Virus record (IMG/VR): IMGVR_UViG_3300037470_000672
Location: 96,001 to 160,000 of that record
Length of the DNA: 64,000 nt
Reading direction: 5' to 3' (one strand)
Source of the DNA: a virus
How positions within the stretch are numbered: position 1 is the first letter of the stretch; each line of letters begins with the position of its first letter. A program made the position numbers and the translations under genes. The notes beneath the pieces are model-generated. The model was not told where the DNA came from. It saw only the letters and a program-made list of their open reading frames with translations, and did no database searches. Positions 17,184-26,558 of the stretch are shown here, piece by piece.

Positions 17184-20111
17184 TCAACTCAGAGTCTTCT
17201 GACTAAATTTGAAGCGGATAAATTCCGCCGGCCGGTTGGGCGCGAGCCCCACATCGATGACTACCTGGCTGGACTCCGCATTGTTGTTCGTCTCGTCGAC
17301 GATGACGAAGAAGCTCTCGGTCGGCGTGTTGCCAGCAAAGAGCCCATCGTTGTGTAGAGGCGTGAGGAAACCACCTAGCTGGGCTTTGATCTTGGCCCAT
17401 AGAGCCGGTCCGTTGTTCTCGAACGCGATCCAGTGGGTCGCATTGAATACCGACTTTTCGACGAACATGAACGTGCGTCGCGCTTGGATAAAGCGCCATT
17501 CCGCTTCGCTGGTGGACGCGAAGGTACGGGCTCCCCATACCACCAAGCCGGTCTGTGGCGTGTTGATGAGGGGGTTGATGTTCGCCGGGTAGACCAGATC
17601 GCGCTCGCCCTGATCGGGGTTGAACTCCAGCCCGAGCAGGAAATTCAACTTGCCGTCGACCGTACCCGCGGGCGCCTTACCCACGTTACGGTTGTTGTCG
17701 GTCCTGGCGTAAATGCCGGCGACGTGCCCGAGAGCGGGAACGGTGATGGGTTGACCGGTTGGGGAGAGCGGATCGGCTACGCGCACGTGCGGCCAGTAGA
17801 TCGCGCCCCACTTCGTGTTGCGCCCCAGGTCGTTGCGAAGCCAATCCACCGCCTCTTGCGCATCCGAACCAACAGGTGGTTGAAGGATAAGGAAGCGATC
17901 ACCGCCCGAAGGCTGGAACGCGCGCCCCTCGGCGTAGTCGATGAGGTCGCCGGTGATGGTCACATCGCCCACGAAGTCGGGAACGATGACTTGCATCAGC
18001 TCTTCGACACGGTTGAGCGCGAACACCCCCTCCCGACCGGCTTCCAAAGATGGGTTGGTGAACTGGTTGCGCCCGTAGGTGGAGGGGGTGAAGGTTCCGT
18101 CAGACCCTGCGTCCCAGGACTGTACAACAGCAGCAACCGTGTCGTAGGTGACCTTGGTCGTGTCTCCGAAGGTCTCCAGGTGCTGGGTCTCGGTCGGAGC
18201 CGTCCACCATGTGGTCTGCACCAAGATACCGCCTACGATGGGCTCCAGGAGCGTTACATCGAGAGCACCGGTGGTGTAGTTGATGGTGTTGTTACCGGTC
18301 GGATCGACGTCTCCGGTGAGATTCCCGTTGCCGTCATCGGTGACGGTCAGCGTTGTTCCTGCGCCGGTGGTCGTGCCTTCGTAGGTGAGCATGAAGGTCC
18401 GCGGCCGAACAGGGAGACCACCGGATGCGAGAGAGGTGACAATGGTGGAGCCACCTGCGGTCTCATCACCGCCCGCGACGACTTGGCCGCGTCCGACGGC
18501 CTGGAGCTGACCGGGGGCCTCGTTGCCGCCCGGATCGGTGACCGAGATGAGGTCGCTCAACTCGTTGATGACGTCGGCCCAGAAACTGGTCGAGGTCGGA
18601 TCGTTGAAGACCAACTCCTCGAAGGTCTCCTGGACGTCGAACACGGTGGGCGAGGAGCTGTTCCGGAGGGCCACGTTGACGTCGAACCGGCTGAACTGGC
18701 CGGTGGCGACGGTGAGGAAGTCGGCGTTGCCGTTGATCTGGATCTGAAGGTCATCGCCCCACACACCCGCTGAGATCGGGTCGAGGTCCCAGGCATCGAT
18801 CTGGTAGTCGACCAGGATACCCGCTTCGTCATGCGGTGCCGTCTCGAAGGTGATGTCGTACGACCCGTCGCCATAGTCGATGGTCGAGTCGACACCGCCC
18901 ACCATGCCGGTGACGCTGAAACCACCGTCAGCTACTGTCTCCAGGATGGCTACGTTTCCAACCGCCCCTTCCACAGTGTTCGTCAGGGACACCAAACCAA
19001 CACCGCCGTTGGCTGCTGTGATGTTGAGGATCCCTGCGGTGTTCGCAGCGTTCACAGCTAAGATGATGCGGTCTCGCACATCATCCGCAGTAACGTCCGC
19101 GGAGACGTCCACCGTTCTGTTTCCAGGAATGACCCCGTCCGGAACGGTGTCGAACTCAAACACCACCGCCGGGTTGACGCCGTCATCGAGGGTGAAGGTC
19201 TCACCATCGATCAAAGCAGCAAACGCAACCGTAGTGATGGAACCCGTAGCTGTGCTGAGCCCTGCGCCTAACAACTTCCCCGTGGCCCCGTCATCTACAG
19301 CGGTCAGGGTTTCTGACGTAGGGGTGTAGCCCAGGCGCAAGTCTCCAGCCGCTCCCACTCCGGGCGACTCTGAACCGGCGAACTTCACGCTGAGGAAGCC
19401 AGAGCGATGGTCGAAGCGGATCACAGACCCCTCGACCGTCGTGACCGTCACGATCGAGCCGGTGCCAGCAGGGATGGCGATGGTTCGGTCACCGTTGCCG
19501 TCGGGGTCGAAGATGAGCGACGCCGTGCCTCTCACCACCGAATCCAGTGCCTCGTCGAAGGCGGGTAGGCTGCCGGGAGCAATGCGCGCTTCGTAGTCGT
19601 CGGTTCCGCTGACGAGTGCCACGTCGGCGCCGTCGGCGCGGTTGCGCAGGTCTTCGGTCGCGACCAACGTGCCGGCTGTGCGCCAGCGAAGATTGAACGT
19701 GCCAGGGATGACCGGTGAATCCCCGTCGTTCGCCTTGACGACGGTGGTGGCGGAGGTCTTGGCGAAGTTGAGGGTAGCGCCGTCACCTGTCTCGATCTGT
19801 TGCTTGTTCGTCTGGCTCTGAACCTTGGCTTCGCTCAAAACCGCGTCGGACGGAACGACGCGATTGATGAACGCCCGCCGTCCGCCGTTGGCGAAGAAGG
19901 CGGCCATCGAGATCGGCAGCAGACCGTTGGAGCTGATGCCTCCGAAACGCGAGAAGAACTGCGGGAAAGAGGTGACCAGCGTCGCTTCGTTGGTCGGCCC
20001 CTTCTCGGTAAAGCCGACACCACCGACGTTGCTGGTGGAGACAGCCTGAATCGTTTGGACCTGGGATGGGACTTCCTCGATGAAAATCCCGGCGGACAAC
20101 AGCTCTGCCAC
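17184..20111 (-). CDS. Contractile tail sheath protein with large inserted domains
   Basis: N-terminal LSAGIFIEEV...FFANGGRRAFINRV; C-terminal YWPHVRVADP, GHVAGIYARTD, WGART, RRTFMFVEKS, PAEFIRFKF. Confidence 0.95.
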   Translation of the reverse strand: MAELLSAGIFIEEVPSQVQTIQAVSTSNVGGVGFTEKGPTNEATLVTSFPQFFSRFGGISSNGLLPISMAAFFANGGRRAFINRVVPSDAVLSEAKVQSQTNKQQIETGDGATLNFAKTSATTVVKANDGDSPVIPGTFNLRWRTAGTLVATEDLRNRADGADVALVSGTDDYEARIAPGSLPAFDEALDSVVRGTASLIFDPDGNGDRTIAIPAGTGSIVTVTTVEGSVIRFDHRSGFLSVKFAGSESPGVGAAGDLRLGYTPTSETLTAVDDGATGKLLGAGLSTATGSITTVAFAALIDGETFTLDDGVNPAVVFEFDTVPDGVIPGNRTVDVSADVTADDVRDRIILAVNAANTAGILNITAANGGVGLVSLTNTVEGAVGNVAILETVADGGFSVTGMVGGVDSTIDYGDGSYDITFETAPHDEAGILVDYQIDAWDLDPISAGVWGDDLQIQINGNADFLTVATGQFSRFDVNVALRNSSSPTVFDVQETFEELVFNDPTSTSFWADVINELSDLISVTDPGGNEAPGQLQAVGRGQVVAGGDETAGGSTIVTSLASGGLPVRPRTFMLTYEGTTTGAGTTLTVTDDGNGNLTGDVDPTGNNTINYTTGALDVTLLEPIVGGILVQTTWWTAPTETQHLETFGDTTKVTYDTVAAVVQSWDAGSDGTFTPSTYGRNQFTNPSLEAGREGVFALNRVEELMQVIVPDFVGDVTITGDLIDYAEGRAFQPSGGDRFLILQPPVGSDAQEAVDWLRNDLGRNTKWGAIYWPHVRVADPLSPTGQPITVPALGHVAGIYARTDNNRNVGKAPAGTVDGKLNFLLGLEFNPDQGERDLVYPANINPLINTPQTGLVVWGARTFASTSEAEWRFIQARRTFMFVEKSVFNATHWIAFENNGPALWAKIKAQLGGFLTPLHNDGLFAGNTPTESFFVIVDETNNNAESSQVVIDVGLAPNRPAEFIRFKFSQKTLS

Positions 20112-20139
20112 GGTTCACTCCACAGATCGATGAAAGGGT

Positions 20140-20580
20140 TCAGGAGCGACTACGGCGCCGCGATGAGGAGGAACTGGATGAATCGGACTCGCCGACCACT
20201 TCGGCAGAGGGCGTCTCTTCCTTGGGAGGGTCGGCTGGCTTGGGCGCTGTCGACAGCGCGACTGCGGCTGTTGCGCTCACGCTCACCTCCGGCTTGGAAG
20301 CGACCGGCTTGGGCACCGGCTTCTTCGCTTCCTTGACCTCTGGAGCACCTTCTTTGCCCTTCGCCCCAGCATCCGGCTTGGTAGCGACCTCGGGCTTGGC
20401 AACCTCCGAGACCTGCTTGAGGATGAGAAGCCCCTTCTTTCGCTTGCGGATGATATCGGCTGAGCCTACCTGACGCGCGTCCAGGACGAGCGTACCTTTT
20501 CCCGGGACAGACGTAGATGTCCCATCCCGTAAAGAGACTGGACAGGGCACGCGCTTGGGGTTGTAGAGCCGGAAGGCCAT
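20140..20580 (-). CDS. Hypothetical protein with Pro/Lys/Ser-rich tail
   Basis: Start re-assigned to ATG 20580 (MAFRLYNPK...). Confidence 0.6.
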   Translation of the reverse strand: MAFRLYNPKRVPCPVSLRDGTSTSVPGKGTLVLDARQVGSADIIRKRKKGLLILKQVSEVAKPEVATKPDAGAKGKEGAPEVKEAKKPVPKPVASKPEVSVSATAAVALSTAPKPADPPKEETPSAEVVGESDSSSSSSSRRRSRS

Positions 20581-20590
20581 TGAAACCGTC

Positions 20591-21358
20591 CTACGTCTGG
20601 GAAAGGTTGAAGACCGGTGCATCGGTGACGGCGGTCTTGGTCTCGTCATCCGTCAGATCTAGCTCACCCTCCACCCGGAGATTGAGGGTAAACCCGATCT
20701 TGCGCTTGGTGACGTCCTGCGTCTCATCCAGGTTGGAGCTGGACTCGAAGAAGCAGTCGTACGTGCGGATGTCCCCGATGGAGTCGAACAGGCCGATCTT
20801 GGCATACGGTTGAAAGCGCCGGATGGCGTACATGAACATCACGTTGGCGTTGTTGCGGGTGGCGGCTTCTTGCCGATTTTCGATGTTCAGCACATACGCC
20901 AGATCGTAAGGCACCGCCTGTTGGCGGTCATCGAAGCTGCTCCACCCGGACAGGTCCCCAGAAACGACAGGAAGGGCACCTTTGGAGGGGGCGCGGTACT
21001 GCCTGGACCCGGGGTGCCAGCGGTTCATCGCCGGATCGAGGGATTCCCTGGACACCCAAAAAACAGGCATCTGGTAGCGCTCGAACAAGTCTTCCGGGAA
21101 GCTCCACGTGACGGGAACGCCCGGGAGCCCGGCGGGAGGTGAAACCCCTTCGACCTGGACGAAGTAGTTGGGAAAGATGCCGAGCTTTTTCAACGCCGGA
21201 TCGCACTCGACGTCGGGGTCTTTGGAGGTGGGGGAGTACCATACTTCTCCCCCCAGGGTCTCAACGATCCCGCGATCGAAGTCGCGCAAAGTGACCGTGC
21301 CGTTCTGACGGCGGCCCTCTGCTCGTTCGCGCAGTTCTTCGAGACCTACCAACGCCAT
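20591..21358 (-). CDS. Putative tail terminator/sheath stabiliser (gp15-like position)
   Basis: TVTLRDFDRGIVETLGG..., VPYDLAYVLNI, FTLNLRVEGELD; upstream of the sheath; start at ATG 21358 with RBS. Confidence 0.55.
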   Translation of the reverse strand: MALVGLEELRERAEGRRQNGTVTLRDFDRGIVETLGGEVWYSPTSKDPDVECDPALKKLGIFPNYFVQVEGVSPPAGLPGVPVTWSFPEDLFERYQMPVFWVSRESLDPAMNRWHPGSRQYRAPSKGALPVVSGDLSGWSSFDDRQQAVPYDLAYVLNIENRQEAATRNNANVMFMYAIRRFQPYAKIGLFDSIGDIRTYDCFFESSSNLDETQDVTKRKIGFTLNLRVEGELDLTDDETKTAVTDAPVFNLSQT

Positions 21359-21389
21359 GTGCAGTCCTCTCCTCTGATGCGATCGGGTG

Positions 21390-21839
21390 TCAGTCCCCGG
21401 GGTACTCTTGCTCGGCACGCCGCAAGATCTCGTTGTGGAGCATCACGCTCTTCGCACGACCGAGGAACGCGGCCAGGTAGTTGGCATCGGCAGCATCCTC
21501 ACCCGGCCAGGCGGGAAGCAACCCTTGCTCCTCGTAGTCCTCGATGGTGCCGAACACGAGCCCTTCGGCGTCTTCGATGCTGATGCCGTGCTTCTCCATC
21601 AGTCCAGCGATCAGAGATGCGACGTACTTCTCGAAGGTGTCCGAGACGTCTGGGACGTTCACAGCCCCAACCGTGTAAGCAGGCGTGTCCTGCCCGGACC
21701 CTGCCTCCTGGGGCTCTGGGGACGTGCCGGCGAGGCTGAGGCCCCCGGTCTCGGCTGGGGGCATCGGCATGTTGGCGGCCTCTTGAAGGCGCTGCCGGAT
21801 CTGACCCAAAATCTGGGTCGCTTCGGTGTAGATGCTCAT
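21390..21839 (-). CDS. Hypothetical protein
   Basis: Start re-assigned to ATG 21839 (MSIYTEAT...) after GGAGAG. Confidence 0.6.
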   Translation of the reverse strand: MSIYTEATQILGQIRQRLQEAANMPMPPAETGGLSLAGTSPEPQEAGSGQDTPAYTVGAVNVPDVSDTFEKYVASLIAGLMEKHGISIEDAEGLVFGTIEDYEEQGLLPAWPGEDAADANYLAAFLGRAKSVMLHNEILRRAEQEYPGD

Positions 21840-21867
21840 CGTCGTCTCTCCCTGATTTGAGCCCGGC

Positions 21868-22668
21868 TCAGAAACTACCCAGTCTCTCGGCGAAGGGTAT
21901 GTACTTGGCCGCCTCTGCCGGTGTGATGTGTCGTTGGACCCTAGCGGGCCAACTTCTCCAACCCTGATACGAAGCGCGCGTGAACGCAAAGGTCAAAGTG
22001 GAATGCGCTTTGAGAATACCCTGCATCCCACCAGCAATCTGCCTGAGGGCCGGGCGCCAGTGGGGTTTCGCATTCTGTCCACCCATTCCAAACTCCAACC
22101 GCAACCCCTCAAACGCGATGTCCGGAACAGCCGTCTGTTGGCGATTTCGCTTATCGCTCAGCTTGAGACGTACTCCAGCTCGGGCTAACTCTCTTTGCCA
22201 CTTCGACTTGTCGCGGCGTCTGTCTTTCCTAACCTGTTCCACCTCTTTCGGGGTGACCTTTCGTACCACCAACCGCGCTTCGTTGCGCTTAGGAGTGAAA
22301 GGTAGCGCTTCTGCTGTCCAGGGTGAATACTTCTCTAGTACAGCAACACCGGGATGCGTTTTAGCCATCCGTCTTCGGGGCTCAATGTACAAAACGCTCA
22401 CGGAGCCGTCAACTTCACGTACACCCGAACGCCGCGAGTTAAGGCGCACCGCGAATGCAGGAACGACTGCGTTTACTTGAGCGACTTCGAGCGCTTTCCT
22501 GTATTCCTCCCACTCGGGAGCAGAAGGAATGCGCTGGAGAAGCTCTTCGTGTAATCGCTTAGCGGCGTAGTACACGAGCTGGGCTTGAAACGCCTCCGTA
22601 CGCTCGGGCCACTCTCTGACGACGGCAAAATAGCTCCGCGTCCGCTGAGTCGGACAGATGGACAGCAT
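21868..22668 (-). CDS. Hypothetical basic protein in the neck/tail-completion region
   Basis: 266-aa ORF with TAATG overlap with the upstream gene. Confidence 0.6.
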   Translation of the reverse strand: MLSICPTQRTRSYFAVVREWPERTEAFQAQLVYYAAKRLHEELLQRIPSAPEWEEYRKALEVAQVNAVVPAFAVRLNSRRSGVREVDGSVSVLYIEPRRRMAKTHPGVAVLEKYSPWTAEALPFTPKRNEARLVVRKVTPKEVEQVRKDRRRDKSKWQRELARAGVRLKLSDKRNRQQTAVPDIAFEGLRLEFGMGGQNAKPHWRPALRQIAGGMQGILKAHSTLTFAFTRASYQGWRSWPARVQRHITPAEAAKYIPFAERLGSF

Positions 22669-23147
22669 TAGAGCTTTCCGCCGCTGTTGAGGCGCGAGGT
22701 CACCTCCCTGACAATCTGGGTGAAGAGTAACAGAGCTTTGGGGAGGTGCTTGTCGAGGTTGCCCCAGGTTTCTCCATCAGAGACCTCGAAGCTGGGCTCT
22801 GCCTGATCGGTATCCGGGCGGTATTCCGCCAGGTACCGCAGGTGCTGCCGGCAGATCCCTACGATACGGGTTTCAGATCCTTTGACCCGGATGGCGAATT
22901 CCTTCGGCTGCCCACAGACAAAACACCACCGATCGAGGCTCGGCATGATGCCCTCATACTCGGGGAAGGCGTGCCCGGCCATGGGGGAGCCACACGGCTT
23001 GCTCGCTAGGCAGAGGTGTCCGGGAAGTCCTGCATCCCTGGCTCGCCAGTAGTAGATACAGGACGAGCAAACCGCGGAGAGCCCGGCCTCTTGAGCCGCT
23101 TTCATCCTGTCAACGTCCAACCAGCTCGGCTTTGGGAGATGGGTCAC
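22668..23147 (-). CDS. Cys-rich hypothetical protein
   Basis: CSSC, CFVC and CRQH motifs; overlaps neighbours on both sides. Confidence 0.6.
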   Translation of the reverse strand: MTHLPKPSWLDVDRMKAAQEAGLSAVCSSCIYYWRARDAGLPGHLCLASKPCGSPMAGHAFPEYEGIMPSLDRWCFVCGQPKEFAIRVKGSETRIVGICRQHLRYLAEYRPDTDQAEPSFEVSDGETWGNLDKHLPKALLLFTQIVREVTSRLNSGGKL

Positions 23148-23719
23148 GGCGCGATCCTACGCTCCGGCGTGAACTCGGTCCGCCTCTTGACCGTGAGCCG
23201 GAAATTGACAAAGGCAGCTTCGTTGTTGACGTGCCCATCGCTGTCGACGTTTTCGACGTCGAAGGCGAACTTTCGACCGGGTACCGGTGCATGATCGACA
23301 CCTTCCTCATTGAAGAAGGGTATGTCCCAAACCTGAACCACATCCCCTACGAGAGGGACGCGCATGCCGGCGGCCTCCACAATGGAGCGGGGAATGGTGA
23401 TGATGGCATCCCATTCGGCGCGCTGACCTTGTTCGATGGTTTCGCGGATAGGCTCAGGTTTGTCGAAGGAACCCTTGAGCTTGTAGGGACCTATCCAGAC
23501 AATGTGGACCGGCTCATCATAGAGCGGATCGCGCTTGGACCGCTCCATGTCGCGCACGAAGTACAGTATCTCCGTCCCCGAGATGGTCGCGCTGTGCTCG
23601 GTGGCGTAGGTGTCAAACAAAAGACGCTCGACCTGAGCAGCCAAGGACAAGTCGAACGAGCCTTTGCAGGGCTCGCAAAAGCTGGTGGTAGGGAACGGCT
23701 CCAGTTTACCCTTGGTCAT
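23144..23719 (-). CDS. Neck/head-closure protein (T4 gp14-like)
   Basis: Follows the gp13-like gene; GTEILYF...DPLYDE, PLVGDVVQVW pattern. Confidence 0.65.
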   Translation of the reverse strand: MTKGKLEPFPTTSFCEPCKGSFDLSLAAQVERLLFDTYATEHSATISGTEILYFVRDMERSKRDPLYDEPVHIVWIGPYKLKGSFDKPEPIRETIEQGQRAEWDAIITIPRSIVEAAGMRVPLVGDVVQVWDIPFFNEEGVDHAPVPGRKFAFDVENVDSDGHVNNEAAFVNFRLTVKRRTEFTPERRIAP

Positions 23720-23738
23720 GCGGCCTACCCATCACCCC

Positions 23739-24485
23739 TTAACCTGTCAGGAAACCAAGCGGGAAGCCGCTGTCAAAAATCTCCTCTTCCAACCGATCTC
23801 GCTCCTCTTGGGCTTGCTCGTACAGCCGGTCTGCGTTGAGCGTGAGCGTACCTTGCGCGGAGGGGTATGCATCGTACTTGCCGCGCACCAGGGACAACGT
23901 TCCCTTGGCTTCGGCCAGTGCTTTGCGTCTGATCAGATCGTGGTCTCGGAACTTCAGGTGCTCCAGGGTGACGCAGTTGGGTTTGTAGAAGATGACCGCC
24001 TTTAACGGGTTGGAACCCAACGCATCAGAGCTGATCCTATAGACGAGAAAGTAGCTGCGCTCGCCTCGTACCACCTCCCATTCAGGCTCTACCGAGATGA
24101 TGCGCTTGGCCATCTCAATGTACTGAAGAGACTGCACGAACGAACTGTAGAGCCCTCCTCCGCGTGGGTTGGCGAAGACGTCGTACGGGATCTTATCCAC
24201 GAACGCGAACGGACTGAAAATTGTCGCGAAGTCCAATTCCCGCTCGGCGAACACCACCTCGAAGACAGTGTCAACGTCATCGGGTAGCTCGACGCGCGTT
24301 TCGTTCGGGATCAAGTCTTTCTCTAAGACCCTTTCGATACCCTTCTTGGCGATGAACCACTCGATGGCGTCATCGATGGCGTCGTCGAGCTGCTCCTGTG
24401 ACAACTCGACACAGATCAGTGGCCCTCCGAGCTTGCGAAGAAGCCACTGTTCCAGCTCTGCTCGGGTCATCAGCCGCTGGGCCAC
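23739..24485 (-). CDS. Neck/adaptor protein (T4 gp13-like)
   Basis: LEQWLLRKLGGPLICVELSQEQLDDAIDDA and LAEAKGTLSLVRGKY...GTLTLNADRLY motifs. Confidence 0.85.
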   Translation of the reverse strand: MAQRLMTRAELEQWLLRKLGGPLICVELSQEQLDDAIDDAIEWFIAKKGIERVLEKDLIPNETRVELPDDVDTVFEVVFAERELDFATIFSPFAFVDKIPYDVFANPRGGGLYSSFVQSLQYIEMAKRIISVEPEWEVVRGERSYFLVYRISSDALGSNPLKAVIFYKPNCVTLEHLKFRDHDLIRRKALAEAKGTLSLVRGKYDAYPSAQGTLTLNADRLYEQAQEERDRLEEEIFDSGFPLGFLTG

Positions 24486-24496
24486 AAGCTCTCCTG

Positions 24497-24520
24497 TCTC
24501 GGAATTTCAAAGATCCGAAC
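24497..24520 (-). repeat. Dispersed motif A copy 1
   Basis: Plus strand TCTCGGAATTTCAAAGATCCGAAC; abuts the SD of the gp13-like gene. Confidence 0.85.
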
Positions 24521-24558
24521 GCTCTTCTGTGCATCCTTTCATCGCTGGGACGACGGGA

Positions 24559-25098
24559 TCAACTCTCCTCGACGTCGAACATCACCTTCAGCAGGTACGC
24601 CCGCAGCTCACCGACGAGTCGGACTTCGGCAGGGATCTCGATCTTGGCGGCGTCCGCCACCGCCTTCAGGTCTTTGCCCGTCATCCCCATCAGGCTGTCC
24701 GCCGTGAGCGCAGATTCCTCAGCCTGCTGTTCTTCTTGCTGCTCTTCCTGCTTCTCGACTTGCTGCTCTTTCGCCCCCTGAGCCTCTGCGTCACCCGCTG
24801 CCTTCTCTTCCTCGCGCGTCTGCGTGACCGGGTCTTCTTGGGGCGGCACAGGGGTCGCGGAGGGGGTAGATGACGCAGCCAGGTCGGGCTCGGTCTTCTT
24901 CGCAGGAGGTGACAGCGCAGGGATCACACGCACGATGGACGGAGCGGGCGGTGTGAACGGCACGAGGAGCTTTCCACCGGCCGGAGTCGCGAACTTCGCC
25001 CACTGCTCGCCAATGAGCACGGCGCCGTCTCGGACGCGACCGTAGCCGGGGACAAACGCCTGCTGGACGTCAGGATTCTTGGTGTACTGATGTTCCAT
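24559..25098 (-). CDS. Hypothetical protein with low-complexity linker and C-terminal Rho-N/HeH-like helical motif
   Basis: MTGKDLKAVADAAKIEIP...ELRAYL. Confidence 0.55.
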   Translation of the reverse strand: MEHQYTKNPDVQQAFVPGYGRVRDGAVLIGEQWAKFATPAGGKLLVPFTPPAPSIVRVIPALSPPAKKTEPDLAASSTPSATPVPPQEDPVTQTREEEKAAGDAEAQGAKEQQVEKQEEQQEEQQAEESALTADSLMGMTGKDLKAVADAAKIEIPAEVRLVGELRAYLLKVMFDVEES

Positions 25099-25363
25099 TT
25101 GACGATGTCTCCTGTTTCTCGTGGGGAACAGCGGCCAGGTCTTCCAAGCCCTGGGCGAGGGCCTTCAGTTCTGCGAGTTGGCCCTCGATGAAGAGTACCT
25201 TCTGCTGGATGCGAAGCGCCACTTGTCGGACGAGTTGGCGGTCTTCATCGGGGAGAGGAGCGGGCGGCGTCTTGCTACGCATCTTCGCGGCCTCGCCCAG
25301 GGAGGGCGCGTTCAGGGCGCCGATGGCGTTCAGCTCGCGCTCGATCTCTTCGGGGGTGGGCAT
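25070..25363 (-). CDS. Hypothetical coiled-coil protein
   Basis: 97-aa ORF with an AAGGAG RBS. Confidence 0.55.
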   Translation of the reverse strand: MPTPEEIERELNAIGALNAPSLGEAAKMRSKTPPAPLPDEDRQLVRQVALRIQQKVLFIEGQLAELKALAQGLEDLAAVPHEKQETSSNGTSVHQES

Positions 25364-25443
25364 GAGGAGGCTCCTTGGTCCGACATCCTGGGGCTGGGAA
25401 ACAGAGTAGCGCGGGGAGAACGAAGAACCAACCGCCTACTACT

Positions 25444-26472
25444 TCAAACCACATTGGCGAGGACAGAACCCTTTCGGCGCTTGAGGCGCAAGAATTTACG
25501 CTCTAGCCGCAATCCGGGAGCGGTGCCCGTATAGAGCCTACGAGCAACAAGGTCACGAGCGTCACCATTGAACCACACGGTGCGGGCACTGATATAACGT
25601 TCTCTGTCGTCGGTCTCCCACTCGACTTCCTGAATATGCCCTGGTTTCTCGCCGATGAAGTCAAGCAGCCAGTCTAAGAAGAAAGGAGACCCAGATGTAA
25701 ACGCCAATGAGTTACCACGTTTGTTAGCGTGACCGTCCCCATCAAAGCAACCCCGGAGAAAGTGCCATAACAGAGTATCGTCTCGAATCTTTGGCGGCTT
25801 CAGTGTTAGAGATTTTGCCGGGGTTATGCTGTAGTACCTTTCCAGGGCCTCTACCCAATCGACACTACACACATCCAACCAGCTATACACACGACCTGTG
25901 TTGTTGGGTTTGTCCCTTATGGGCTGGTCTAGGGTAGCGAACAGCTTGAGACTTTCGAGAATGCAGCGGTCCTTTGGGTGTACTCCAAAGGCTACAGATC
26001 TACGATTTTGCGGGACACACCCATCGGCTGCCACGAAGCCGGCGAAGTACGCAGAAACTGGGGTAGGGGTGCGAAAGAAGTCCCGATCGCACTCGGTATA
26101 CTTTGCGTACACCCGATCGGGTTTCGCTTCTCGTCCGCTGCGTCGGACGGCTTCTTGGATCCGGCCGAACGAGACCCCAAAGATCGCCCCCACCTCCGCC
26201 ATGGTCATTTTCTCGTTTGCGAAGTACATCTCGACCGCGGCGTCTGTGTCAAAAGTTGGCGGACTCGCTTCGCGATGAGAACGCGTTCGGACGCCTCGCT
26301 CCCGTAATATCTGACTCACACGCCCTTGGCTTACCCCAAACTCGGCCGCAAGTTGCGCCTGGGTCAGGTTTTTTCCTTCAGCAAGGGCCTGCGTATAGCG
26401 GTCAACCACGGCCTGGGCCGAGTGGATACGACCTCGTGGTTTGAGGTCTTTACGTCCTTTTGGCCTTCCCAT
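25444..26472 (-). mobile_element. Free-standing LAGLIDADG homing endonuclease with N-terminal HTHs
   Basis: SAYFAGFVAADGCV and HFLRGCFDGDGHA motifs; HTH-like segments QAQLAAEFGVSQGRVSQIL and MAEVGAIFGVS; appears more AT-rich than its flanks. Confidence 0.9.
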
Positions 26473-26480
26473 AGTCGGGC

Positions 26481-26509
26481 ATAGTAGTACATCAGAAGAA
26501 GAACGTAAA
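26481..26509 (-). promoter_or_regulatory. Sigma70-type promoter for the homing endonuclease (probably leaderless)
   Basis: TTTACG-N17-TACTAT, 8 nt before the ATG at 26472; no SD. Confidence 0.55.
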
Positions 26510-26539
26510 GAAAAGGGCGACCTTAGGCCGCCCTTTTCT
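26505..26539 (-). terminator. Intrinsic terminator after the major capsid gene
   Basis: Minus strand AGAAAAGGGCGGCC-TAA-GGTCGCCCTTTTCTTT: GC stem plus U tract 20 nt after the MCP stop. Confidence 0.8.
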
Positions 26540-26558
26540 CAAGCTATCTCTAGCGCGG

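Noticed and set aside
17433-18773. 446-aa plus-strand ORF
   Set aside because: Antisense shadow of the sheath gene caused by GC-rich codon bias; no recognisable motifs.
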